A program made the position numbers and the translations under genes. Positions 7,774 through 15,186 of a DNA stretch of 35,829 nt are shown piece after piece. Below the pieces are notes generated by a model. It ran no database searches. It was given only the letters and a program-made list of their open reading frames with translations, and had not been told where the DNA came from. Each line of letters starts with the position of its first letter. The stretch's first letter is position 1. The stretch spans positions 1 to 35,829 of the IMG/VR virus record IMGVR_UViG_3300014202_000320; one strand, given 5' to 3'. This DNA is from a virus (lineage: Duplodnaviria; Caudoviricetes).

Positions 7774-8739
7774 TTGGAATTCATAGACGACTTGCCGCCT
7801 GCCGTACCGGCAAAGGCAGTCAGTAAAGCCGGCAGTGCAAAGCCGGCGCAACCTGCTAAGTCTGGCTACACCAGACCGAAGAACCTTCAGCCTGTCCAGT
7901 GTCCCAACTGTGACGAAGTGTTGCCAGGCATGGCTAGCCTGAATGCTCACACTGCCAAATACCATCATCAGTCTGTACCTGAGAAACCTTGGACACCTGG
8001 TGATGCTGAGGTGGCTGAGCAACAGCTTGCCGGTAGGTATGACCTGGGGCGAGCACGGTTGTTTCAGCACTACAGCGTTTGGCTTGAGAACGATCGGGTC
8101 ATCAGGGCCAAGGCAACCTACTACCGCAAGCAGCTTGCCTCCTGGGTGGTGTTGGGCATTGATGCCAGCGTGCGCAGCACAGGGCTGAGCTTCCTCGAAG
8201 CGCCTTCAGGGGACAGCCTAAGCCTGACACTTGAGCCGACAGGGACAGGGCTTCAAGAGCGCATGGCCTCGATCAAGAATGGCCTCTATCGAGCCCTGAG
8301 GGACGAGTGGGACCCACTACCGATGCTCGCCGTCATGGAGCGTGGCTTTTCTGCGCCGATCAAGGGAGCCAACTCAGGGCCTAGCGCTACCAAGTTGGGC
8401 ATGGTGCAGGGCGTGATTCTCAGTGCCTTGGATGAGCTGCAAATCCCCTGCTTCGTACTGTCGCCTAAGACGGTCAAGAAGTTCGCTACCGGCAACGGCA
8501 ATGCCACGAAAGACCAAGTGCTAGAAGCTGCAATGCAACAGCTAGGGCTTGAGTCAAGCGGACCGCTGAAGAAGGACTTGCTGAAGGACTATGACAGGGC
8601 CGACAGTTTGTGGCTTGCTCACATTGGTGGCCTGACAATCGATGGCTTTGACTCAGGCACTGAATACGAATACGAACAGCTTGAGTACTTCAATACCATT
8701 GAATACGAATCCGTAGAGGATGATGGGTCATCCGACTAG
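7774..8739 (+). CDS. ruvC: RuvC-like Holliday junction resolvase with N-terminal C2H2 zinc finger
   Basis: VLGIDAS..TG, VME, PKTVKKFATGNGNATKDQV, DRADS motifs; CPNC-x12-H-x4-H; TTG 7774 behind AAGGA preferred over 7720. Confidence 0.85.
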   Translation: MEFIDDLPPAVPAKAVSKAGSAKPAQPAKSGYTRPKNLQPVQCPNCDEVLPGMASLNAHTAKYHHQSVPEKPWTPGDAEVAEQQLAGRYDLGRARLFQHYSVWLENDRVIRAKATYYRKQLASWVVLGIDASVRSTGLSFLEAPSGDSLSLTLEPTGTGLQERMASIKNGLYRALRDEWDPLPMLAVMERGFSAPIKGANSGPSATKLGMVQGVILSALDELQIPCFVLSPKTVKKFATGNGNATKDQVLEAAMQQLGLESSGPLKKDLLKDYDRADSLWLAHIGGLTIDGFDSGTEYEYEQLEYFNTIEYESVEDDGSSD

Positions 8740-9151
8740 CAGGCCAATGGCCTATCGTCCTCACCCTGGCATAGAGCTTGGTCACGTCGTGGTCACTTCA
8801 ACCAACGACACACATCACACCAGGTTCAAGCCTAGACCAGCAGTGGTGGTCAAGATCGATGACTTCGATTACCACCTTGCCATTCTCACTACCAATTCAC
8901 ACTTTGCCAACGGTCTACCCCGAATCAAAGTGGACAGCTTGAGACTCACAGGAGACACGAAGGATAGCTACCTATGGGGCGGACGCCTGAAGGTGGCTGA
9001 GCCTGGTCGGGTCGACCCTACGCCCATTGGCTTCTGCTATTGGGAGCTAGCTAGAGCCATCACCAACACCATGGATGGTATCGACGAAGAAACAAAGACA
9101 GCCTTCCTCAAGGCTGTTGCACTACATGAGACACAGGAAGAAGAACCATGA
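8720..9151 (+). CDS. PemK/MazF-like domain protein
   Basis: GHVVV...KPRPAVVV...LAILTT pattern typical of the MazF/PemK fold. Confidence 0.6.
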   Translation: MMGHPTSRPMAYRPHPGIELGHVVVTSTNDTHHTRFKPRPAVVVKIDDFDYHLAILTTNSHFANGLPRIKVDSLRLTGDTKDSYLWGGRLKVAEPGRVDPTPIGFCYWELARAITNTMDGIDEETKTAFLKAVALHETQEEEP

Positions 9152-9423
9152 CAACCGATCCCTTGGCCGAAGATCGTAGGCCAGAGAAGAAGCGCAAGAA
9201 GAAGGACAAGAAGAAGCATAAGGGGGTTCAGTTCCAAGCCATGATTGAAGCAAGCGCTGTGCTCAATATCATTGAAGAGCTGATCAGTGAGTCGCATTCG
9301 AGCATGTTTCTCCGGCACGATGCGCACAATGCAGATGCCATCAGTGACACGGCCGTTACGTTCATGGCTGCGCTTGTTGGCCCTACCCTCGATCGCTTGG
9401 GCATTGAGGTGCGGCCGATATGA
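9148..9423 (+). CDS. Hypothetical protein with poly-Lys tract
   Basis: ATGA coupling, AGGAAG RBS. Confidence 0.7.
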   Translation: MTTDPLAEDRRPEKKRKKKDKKKHKGVQFQAMIEASAVLNIIEELISESHSSMFLRHDAHNADAISDTAVTFMAALVGPTLDRLGIEVRPI

Positions 9424-9713
9424 TCCCTGTACTGTTCGACTGCACCATTCGTGGTACTGATCTTGACGAGATGCTCGCAGCGACTGAGCGCAGAGCACGC
9501 ACAGCACTCAAGGCAACGAATGGCGAACCGCTTTACTGGCACAAAGCAAAGATGCGTGCTGTAGCCATCGAAGACAGCAATGAACTTGTCTACGAGCTTG
9601 ACTGTCTCGTATTGACTATGAGCATGGCGCATGAAGCGCAAAAGACGTTGGCTCACTTGGATGATGTTCGCACTACCGCAAGTCTCTTGAACGCCTTTCG
9701 AGAAGAGGATTGA
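9420..9713 (+). CDS. Hypothetical protein
   Basis: ATGA coupling, GAGGT RBS. Confidence 0.7.
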   Translation: MIPVLFDCTIRGTDLDEMLAATERRARTALKATNGEPLYWHKAKMRAVAIEDSNELVYELDCLVLTMSMAHEAQKTLAHLDDVRTTASLLNAFREED

Positions 9714-9717
9714 TCCG

Positions 9718-9915
9718 ATGGAGTCATATACGTCAGGCGTCGGACAAGCCAAGACCAAGACCAGCGACAAGAGCGATACGGTATGGGTGGTCATGCTTGG
9801 ACCTAGCCTCTTGGGCATCTACGCCGATTGGTCTACCGCTTACCGCACTCTTGCCCCTCTCACTGACTCTGGTCAGAAGATCACCATTGAACGCAGAAAG
9901 GTTGAGCATGGCTAA
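9718..9915 (+). CDS. Hypothetical protein
   Basis: GAGG RBS; VWVV...LLGIYADWSTA...ITIERRKV small phage domain pattern. Confidence 0.65.
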   Translation: MESYTSGVGQAKTKTSDKSDTVWVVMLGPSLLGIYADWSTAYRTLAPLTDSGQKITIERRKVEHG

Positions 9916-10120
9916 CTGTGCAAGCCAGCTCATCGCCATAGCGAGACAGCTTGAGCACCAAGAGAACAGAGCACGCTTTATCGAAAGCCAGTGCAAGCGG
10001 GCTATGGAGCTGCTTCGTCAGGTCAGTGCCAATCCTGAGGCTAAGAAGCTCATGGGTGACGAATGGCAAGTCGAAGTGCACTATGACTTCGCCATCCCTA
10101 ACGGTTGGTACGACAAGTGA
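9908..10120 (+). CDS. Hypothetical protein
   Basis: In-frame ATG 9908 of the 9710 ORF, AAAGGT RBS, 8-bp overlap. Confidence 0.65.
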   Translation: MANCASQLIAIARQLEHQENRARFIESQCKRAMELLRQVSANPEAKKLMGDEWQVEVHYDFAIPNGWYDK

Positions 10121-10212
10121 TTCTTGCCCTACTGATCGGCTCAGGCATGGCCTTTGCCTTTCTAGTGGGTTACCTGTTGGGACAGAAGGAAGAAAGGGAC
10201 CAATGGCAGTAG
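10117..10212 (+). CDS. 31-aa single-TM membrane peptide
   Basis: GTGA coupling; MILALLIGSGMAFAFLVGYLLGQKEERDQWQ; not in ORF track. Confidence 0.5.
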   Translation: MILALLIGSGMAFAFLVGYLLGQKEERDQWQ

Positions 10213-10358
10213 GACCGCTCAAGGAAACCTTGGCACCTGAGGGTGAATACACCTTTACCCTTGAGGAATACAAGCGTCAGCGTGAGGCTGACGCACTGGC
10301 AGGAACAGATACCAACATCAAGCGCACAAGAGCCATCACGTCAGGGGAATTTCTGTGA
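10203..10358 (+). CDS. Hypothetical protein (51 aa)
   Basis: ATG 10203 after AAAGGG RBS, in frame with the 9951 ORF. Confidence 0.6.
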   Translation: MAVGPLKETLAPEGEYTFTLEEYKRQREADALAGTDTNIKRTRAITSGEFL

Positions 10359-10498
10359 CAAACGACAAGACCAGACTCCAACGCTTTACCTTGAAGAGTC
10401 TTGAAGTCATGATTACGGCCTGCGTTCTCATCATCGTCCTTTCGTTCCTTTTGAGTCTCATTCTTGGCGCTGTCGTTCTGATCAACAGGATTGCCTGA
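10355..10498 (+). CDS. 47-aa membrane protein
   Basis: GTGA coupling upstream, TGATG coupling to dcd; long hydrophobic C-terminal helix; not in ORF track. Confidence 0.6.
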   Translation: MTNDKTRLQRFTLKSLEVMITACVLIIVLSFLLSLILGAVVLINRIA

Positions 10499-10938
10499 TG
10501 GTTGCATTCAACGACTACGCACTAGAGCGGTTGAAGCCGTGCAACCCTTGGGACCCTGAGCTGCTGAACGGAGCGACGGTTGACCTGAGGCTCGCTGAGT
10601 CCGTCCACCTGGCGCCAGGGGACTTCCTGCTGAGCCACACCATCGAGGTGGTAACCATCCCCCTTGACGCCCTTGGGATCGTCGCTGGCAAGTCCTCACC
10701 CGCCCGAGAGGGGTTGCAGGTGGAATGCGCAGGGGTCGTTGATCCGGGATTCAGCGGTCAGCTCGTGCTTGAGCTGAAGAACCTTGGCCATGAGCATCTG
10801 TATCCCGAAGAGGGACAGCGTATAGCTCAGCTCTGGTTGATGGAACTGAGCGGACCGACTACCCGACCCTACGCAGTGGTTGGGCACTACATGCACCAGA
10901 GAGGCAATCGGAAAGCTTGGTGGCACAATGAACAGTAG
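10498..10938 (+). CDS. dcd: dCTP deaminase
   Basis: ATVDLRL, GKSSPAREGL, AGVVDPGFSGQLVLEL, RIAQL, HYMHQRG motifs. Confidence 0.9.
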   Translation: MVAFNDYALERLKPCNPWDPELLNGATVDLRLAESVHLAPGDFLLSHTIEVVTIPLDALGIVAGKSSPAREGLQVECAGVVDPGFSGQLVLELKNLGHEHLYPEEGQRIAQLWLMELSGPTTRPYAVVGHYMHQRGNRKAWWHNEQ

Positions 10939-11500
10939 ACGTAGAACATGCCAGCGATGTGGGGTAGGAACTACCTACTGGATGAAGAGTGATGGCGAAT
11001 TCTACTGCAAGTCTTGGGACGCCTGCTCTGGCAGGGTGAAGGCCAAGACCAAGGTCAGCTTGACCATCAACGGTGAGGAACCGCCGACTACCACTGGCAC
11101 GATTGGCGACATTATCGCTACCACTCTCACTACCTGCTCAAACCCTGAGCAAAGCTATTGGGATGAATCGGAGAGAGGCGAGCACATCGCCAACGCCCGT
11201 AACACGGGGATGGATCGAGCGGCCGTCTTGAGTGCGGCAGGGGAAGCGGTCAACGGATCGAGGGACCAGGACTACGGCTCACCTGAGCAGAGCTTCGAGA
11301 AGATCGCTGGCCTTTGGAACGCCTACCTTGATAGGCACCCTAACGAGCCTGGCTACCTTGAGCCTTGGGACGTGGCAGCGATGCTCGCTCTACTCAAGGT
11401 GGCACGGATCAGGCGTAGCCCTGGTCATCGTGATTCATGGGTAGACCTTGCTGGCTATGCGGCTTGTGGGGCAGAGGCTTGGGCTAACCGGCAATGGTGA
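10928..11500 (+). CDS. DUF6378-domain protein with N-terminal Cys cluster
   Basis: VNGSRDQDYGSPEQSFEKIAGLW...LKVAR...DSWVDLAGYAA motif; ATG at 10928. Confidence 0.8.
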   Translation: MNSRRRTCQRCGVGTTYWMKSDGEFYCKSWDACSGRVKAKTKVSLTINGEEPPTTTGTIGDIIATTLTTCSNPEQSYWDESERGEHIANARNTGMDRAAVLSAAGEAVNGSRDQDYGSPEQSFEKIAGLWNAYLDRHPNEPGYLEPWDVAAMLALLKVARIRRSPGHRDSWVDLAGYAACGAEAWANRQW

Positions 11501-11733
11501 TGCGTGGCCCTGTCGATCCAACCCTATTCACCATCAAAGAGCTTGACGAACCAACTCCCTTCGGGATCGGCAACACCTTTGACCTGACCAACGAGAAGGA
11601 AGAGCGAGACGCCTTTACTCACTTCTTGCGGGCGATAAGGAATGCACGAGAAGCAGACGGTTCTGTGTCGATTGAATTTTGGGGCATGGGTTATACGTTC
11701 ATCATCCAGCCCCATCCAAAGGAATGGCACTGA
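11494..11733 (+). CDS. Hypothetical protein
   Basis: Coupled to upstream stop; 79 aa. Confidence 0.6.
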   Translation: MVMRGPVDPTLFTIKELDEPTPFGIGNTFDLTNEKEERDAFTHFLRAIRNAREADGSVSIEFWGMGYTFIIQPHPKEWH

Positions 11734-12167
11734 CGTACAACCTTCGTCCAACTCTGAAGGGTAAGCCTTGGGCCGGCGGACTAAAGCCGGCGCCTAGTGG
11801 CGGCAAGATCAAGTATGAGCCAACCACTGAAGCTGAAATGAAGTGGTGGCTTGGCAAGGTCAAGGGTAGGAAGAAGTCAACGACTAAGGCCACGCTGTGT
11901 CTAGGTGGCCCCTACCATGACACGAGAGTGCCCAAGGAATTCGTCTGCTCGTTTCAGATGAAAGACCGCAAGGGCAAGACAGTGAAGACCTATAAGGAAG
12001 TCATAGCCACTACTCCCCTGGTCTTTACTGTCCCTCCATATGCAGGACGATACGAGTACAGCGAAACGGAGAACGCATACCTATGGAAAGCAACCAACCT
12101 GGTGAGGATTCCACCGAAGCCAAAGAAGACCAAGGTGCAAGACTCACAGCCATCACCAAGCGACTGA
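11724..12167 (+). CDS. Basic hypothetical protein
   Basis: In-frame ATG 11724 after AAAGG; LCLGGPYHD motif. Confidence 0.65.
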   Translation: MALTYNLRPTLKGKPWAGGLKPAPSGGKIKYEPTTEAEMKWWLGKVKGRKKSTTKATLCLGGPYHDTRVPKEFVCSFQMKDRKGKTVKTYKEVIATTPLVFTVPPYAGRYEYSETENAYLWKATNLVRIPPKPKKTKVQDSQPSPSD

Positions 12168-12421
12168 ACGACAAGCGAATGCGGTTGATCCGCACCATGC
12201 CTATCCCTGACACGCTGGCACAGGTCATCGTAAACGCTCAGCTCACTGCCTTTGAAGTGGAGACACTTAAGGATCTCGTCTTCAATGTGTTTCTTGATCC
12301 CGAGCATAGGCAGGCCAGAGGCGAGACCTATCACCTGTCTCTGTTCATCAGGTACGAAGCCTGGTTGGATGAACAGCAGTCAGAGGTGAACAGGGCACTG
12401 CTCATGCAGGGACTCAATTGA
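12083..12421 (+). CDS. Hypothetical protein
   Basis: GGAG RBS; overlaps upstream gene by 85 bp, start uncertain. Confidence 0.6.
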   Translation: MESNQPGEDSTEAKEDQGARLTAITKRLNDKRMRLIRTMPIPDTLAQVIVNAQLTAFEVETLKDLVFNVFLDPEHRQARGETYHLSLFIRYEAWLDEQQSEVNRALLMQGLN

Positions 12422-12630
12422 GACAATGGCTCATGCTTGACAATGGCGGAATAATTGACTGGTCTCGCATCGTAGTTCTTGAGCCTGACATGCCTCAGGC
12501 TGATCGATGGGTCATCGATGCATGGACAGAGCTAGGCACTGTCTTCCGTCTCAAAGGTGAGTGGTCTAGCCATGCTGAGGCAGTCGATGGCCTGCAAGAC
12601 ATGCTTGCCAAGCTGGCGGAACAGGGTTGA
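12418..12630 (+). CDS. Hypothetical protein
   Basis: TTGA coupling; last gene before terminator. Confidence 0.65.
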   Translation: MRQWLMLDNGGIIDWSRIVVLEPDMPQADRWVIDAWTELGTVFRLKGEWSSHAEAVDGLQDMLAKLAEQG

Positions 12631-12633
12631 CAT

Positions 12634-12668
12634 GCAGGCCAGGGGCATATTTTGTCCCTGGCCTGTTT
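12634..12668 (+). terminator. Intrinsic terminator
   Basis: 14-bp stem GCAGGCCAGGGGCA/TGTCCCTGGCCTGT right after stop, short T run. Confidence 0.7.
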
Positions 12669-12674
12669 GCCCCC

Positions 12675-12706
12675 TTGACATGCACCGGATCTTCCGGCAG
12701 TATGGT
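12675..12706 (+). promoter_or_regulatory. Promoter with perfect operator
   Basis: TTGACA 12675-12680, CGGATCTTCCG 12686-12696; -10 ambiguous (CAGTAT at 17 bp or TATGGT at 20 bp). Confidence 0.55.
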
Positions 12707-12737
12707 GGTTGTTCCGCCGGACAGCGGGACAAAGCAA

Positions 12738-12853
12738 GCCCTAGCTAACCGAAGCTTAAAGCCTCCCGTGATCCGCAAGGTAGGAGGTCGACCGACGACT
12801 ACGAAGGTCAAGCCGGACCATGCTTACTGCCAGTGCGAGTCTGGCCTAGGGCA
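12738..12853 (+). ncRNA. tRNA-like structured RNA (acceptor stem + T-arm, expanded interior)
   Basis: GCCCTAG/CTAGGGC 7-bp stem, adjacent GCCAG-TGCGAGT-CTGGC T-arm, discriminator A; three internal hairpins. Confidence 0.6.
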
Positions 12854-12884
12854 CTAAACGGACAAAGACCAAGGAGTGACGGAC

Positions 12885-13202
12885 ATGAGGAAGCTTCAGC
12901 CCAAAGCAGGCCGCTTGGTATCCGCAAGGGTCCCCGGAACTGCAGACAACAGCAACACCATCGTGGTAGGTCGAATCATTGAGGTTGGCGAAGAGCGAGT
13001 GACCATCGTGGTTGTCAGCCATGACCATGCCAACACTTCGACCATAAACGAGAACAACGACACTGAGATCAAGTGCTCTAGTTGGGGTTGGATTCGGACC
13101 GACGATGACTCGCTTGTCCGGCAAACTGCAATGTACGACCTGCACGTTGATCGCATCATCGGCGTTTACAGCGATGCGCCGGAACGTCGCTACGGTGCCT
13201 GA
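12885..13202 (+). CDS. Hypothetical beta-rich protein
   Basis: AAGGAG RBS with ATG at 12885 (ORF track start 12876). Confidence 0.75.
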   Translation: MRKLQPKAGRLVSARVPGTADNSNTIVVGRIIEVGEERVTIVVVSHDHANTSTINENNDTEIKCSSWGWIRTDDDSLVRQTAMYDLHVDRIIGVYSDAPERRYGA

Positions 13203-13206
13203 GCAG

Positions 13207-13341
13207 GTTGTCAGGGAGCAGGGGGCTTCGGTCCCCTGTGCCACTGATCGAGGGAAGTGCTCTGCCAGAAGGAAGACCTGGCATAGAGCTGAGCGCGTGT
13301 TGCTGTCACTCCATGCTTCCTGGTCATGAACGGTTGATAAC
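13207..13341 (+). ncRNA. Multibranch structured intergenic RNA
   Basis: Closing stem GTTGTCA/TGATAAC, C(UUCG)G hairpin 13218-13239, stems 13259-13268/13278-13289 and 13245-13258/13315-13326. Confidence 0.5.
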
Positions 13342-13353
13342 GAAAGGCAATGC

Positions 13354-13467
13354 ATGAAGGCACCGAAGAACCAGCGTCCAAAGGCTGAGCCTGCAAAGTT
13401 CATCACTGTCATGGTGGTTGAAGCTGGCAAGGGGAAGCGTCGCTTCATCAAGGAGACAATCAGGTGA
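13354..13467 (+). CDS. 37-aa basic peptide
   Basis: GAAAGG RBS, ATG, GTGA coupling to next gene; not in ORF track. Confidence 0.55.
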   Translation: MKAPKNQRPKAEPAKFITVMVVEAGKGKRRFIKETIR

Positions 13468-13898
13468 CCAAGCTAGATCCAGAATTCAAGGCCAAGTGGA
13501 TTGCTGCCCTTCGGTCTGGCGAGTATCCGCCAGGCCAGGGCTGTCTGTTCATGAAGATGCCAGGCAAGCAAGAGGGGTACTGCTGTCTTGGTGTTGGTGC
13601 CCATGTCGCCGGTGTACTTGAGGTTCGTCTTACCAGCAGTGGACGGTATCAAGGCAGTGTGTTTGCTGAGTCTGAAGGAGTGCAGTATCCCCAATCAGCC
13701 TACTGGCATGGGCCGAACGATGAATTGAAGGCTAAGCCATCGGCCGAAATGTGCAACGATGCTACGGCTTATCTTCTGCTTGCGGACCGACCTGGCGTAG
13801 ATATTGACGGTCTCATGATCACTTCCCTGCTCGCTGACCTGAATGACAAGCGTGTCCCTCACGCTCAGTTGGCTGACCTGATCGAGAAGCACCTGTGA
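13464..13898 (+). CDS. Conserved phage hypothetical protein
   Basis: KAKWIAALRSGEY...YCCLGV...ADLND...LADLIE pattern seen in many phages; AAGGAG RBS. Confidence 0.8.
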   Translation: MTKLDPEFKAKWIAALRSGEYPPGQGCLFMKMPGKQEGYCCLGVGAHVAGVLEVRLTSSGRYQGSVFAESEGVQYPQSAYWHGPNDELKAKPSAEMCNDATAYLLLADRPGVDIDGLMITSLLADLNDKRVPHAQLADLIEKHL

Positions 13899-14173
13899 TG
13901 CTGCTGCTGTTTCGTTCCCTGTTGTGGCTTGCTCTGTCGGCGGTCACACCAGGAAGCGTGCCAGTGGAAGCGTTCAACGACCCTGCACCTGGTACGCCTG
14001 TCATTGTGTCCATCGAACCTGTGCCGTCAACAACGTGGCGTACTGGCATACCTGAGGACTTCACACCTGCGACAGTCCCTGAGGGTGTAGGAGAAGAGCC
14101 GCTCGATTCAGAGTCCGAGCATGTCGGTCGGGAACCCTTGGCCCCTGCCACTGGGGAAGCGTGTCCGTCGTGA
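13895..14173 (+). CDS. Putative exported Pro/acidic-rich protein
   Basis: Signal-peptide-like N-terminus; GTGA coupling. Confidence 0.55.
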   Translation: MMLLLFRSLLWLALSAVTPGSVPVEAFNDPAPGTPVIVSIEPVPSTTWRTGIPEDFTPATVPEGVGEEPLDSESEHVGREPLAPATGEACPS

Positions 14174-14289
14174 AGGACGATCGCTGCAAGTACTGCCAGG
14201 CTCGCCAGTGGTCAGGTAAGGTAGAGCGCACTCGCTGGCTACGTAAGCGCAAGTGCTGGTACTGCGGACAGAAGGCAGACGACAAGTGA
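14170..14289 (+). CDS. 39-aa zinc-ribbon peptide
   Basis: CKYC...CWYC; GTGA coupled at both ends; not in ORF track. Confidence 0.55.
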   Translation: MKDDRCKYCQARQWSGKVERTRWLRKRKCWYCGQKADDK

Positions 14290-14657
14290 TCTGGCAGTGG
14301 GAGCCACCCAAAGAGACTGAGTGCCACGCTGAAGCATGGATGCGTGACAGCATGGTTCACCTCAACTCATGGGATTACGCATACACAGAGCTTACGCCTG
14401 AAGCCATGGACGACCTGTGCATTGCATGGTTGAAGTACAGGCAGATTCTGAAGCCTGATTATGACCTGGTTTGTCGAACGCTAGACGAAGACAGTCGGTC
14501 ACGAGAGTTTTGGGCCAATACTGATGGCTGGTATGGATATCATAGACTTGGCCCGAAGTGGTCTGACGAAGATGTAGCACGCTTCAACGAACAGGCCATA
14601 ACAATCGAACATAAGCAGGTCGTTAGATATGCAACCGAATGGAAGGACGAAACTTGA
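14286..14657 (+). CDS. Trp-rich hypothetical protein
   Basis: In-frame GTG 14286 overlapping upstream stop. Confidence 0.65.
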   Translation: MIWQWEPPKETECHAEAWMRDSMVHLNSWDYAYTELTPEAMDDLCIAWLKYRQILKPDYDLVCRTLDEDSRSREFWANTDGWYGYHRLGPKWSDEDVARFNEQAITIEHKQVVRYATEWKDET

Positions 14658-14983
14658 AAGACATTCGCATTGATGACCAGCAGCGTCAGCGCTGTTGGAA
14701 CTGTGGTGGTATCAACTTCACCACTCAACGCACTACCCGAAGCAAGCTCTTCGGACTGCTGTGCTTGCTCACCAAGCCGAAGCTTCGATGCGTTCGCTGC
14801 GGCGAGTACAACGACCCTGGCAACGCCAAGCACTACCAAGGTCCTGCATCGAGGAAGTACGCAGCAGAGTGGCAGCAAGAGCAAGCTACATGGGGTGCCT
14901 TCGTTGGTCATCCTCACGAGTTGCCAGGCATGTGGCACCAGTCGGACCTATCGGGAGGATGGGCCGACACTCAACAACCCTGA
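14654..14983 (+). CDS. Zinc-ribbon protein
   Basis: CWNC...CVRC; TTGA coupling, AAGGA RBS. Confidence 0.7.
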   Translation: MKDIRIDDQQRQRCWNCGGINFTTQRTTRSKLFGLLCLLTKPKLRCVRCGEYNDPGNAKHYQGPASRKYAAEWQQEQATWGAFVGHPHELPGMWHQSDLSGGWADTQQP

Positions 14984-14996
14984 ACCCTAAAGCACT

Positions 14997-15028
14997 GAAC
15001 CCCTGTCCTTCGTGGATGGGGGTTCTTT
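14997..15028 (+). terminator. Intrinsic terminator ending the rightward arm
   Basis: GAACCCCTGTCC/GGATGGGGGTTC stem then TTT. Confidence 0.7.
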
Positions 15029-15039
15029 GCGTTCTAGGG

Positions 15040-15186
15040 CTACTTGGTGGCCTTCGGCTTCTTGCCCTTGCCACAGCGCCGGTAGCGGCACCAACGGCGC
15101 AGGCACCAGGTGCAGCCGCCGACCTCGTCAACCGCCCGGTACAGCTCTGCCAGGCGCTGCGCCCGGTCCATGCCCTGCCCTTGCAT
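15040..15186 (-). CDS. 48-aa Cys-rich basic protein
   Basis: GGAGG RBS, ATG; MQGQGMDRAQRLAELYRAVDEVGGCTWCLRRWCRYRRCGKGKKPKATK; not in ORF track. Confidence 0.65.
   Translation of the reverse strand: MQGQGMDRAQRLAELYRAVDEVGGCTWCLRRWCRYRRCGKGKKPKATK

Noticed and set aside
12738-12856. Canonical tRNA or tmRNA gene
   Set aside because: Interior too long for tRNA, no proper 5-bp/7-nt anticodon arm, no G3-U70 pair or tag ORF; kept only as tRNA-like.
12627-12857. 76-aa + strand ORF in the track
   Set aside because: It runs through a terminator, a promoter/operator and the tRNA-like fold; the non-coding explanation is stronger.
13214-13283. Cobalamin riboswitch (GCCACTG, GGGAAG, AGACCTG words)
   Set aside because: The 5' conserved core is missing and the spacing is wrong; needs an Rfam scan to exclude formally.
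13240-13348. Hammerhead ribozyme (CTGATCGA...CGAAA)
   Set aside because: Core has an extra base versus CUGANGA and there is no NUH triplet next to a stem III.
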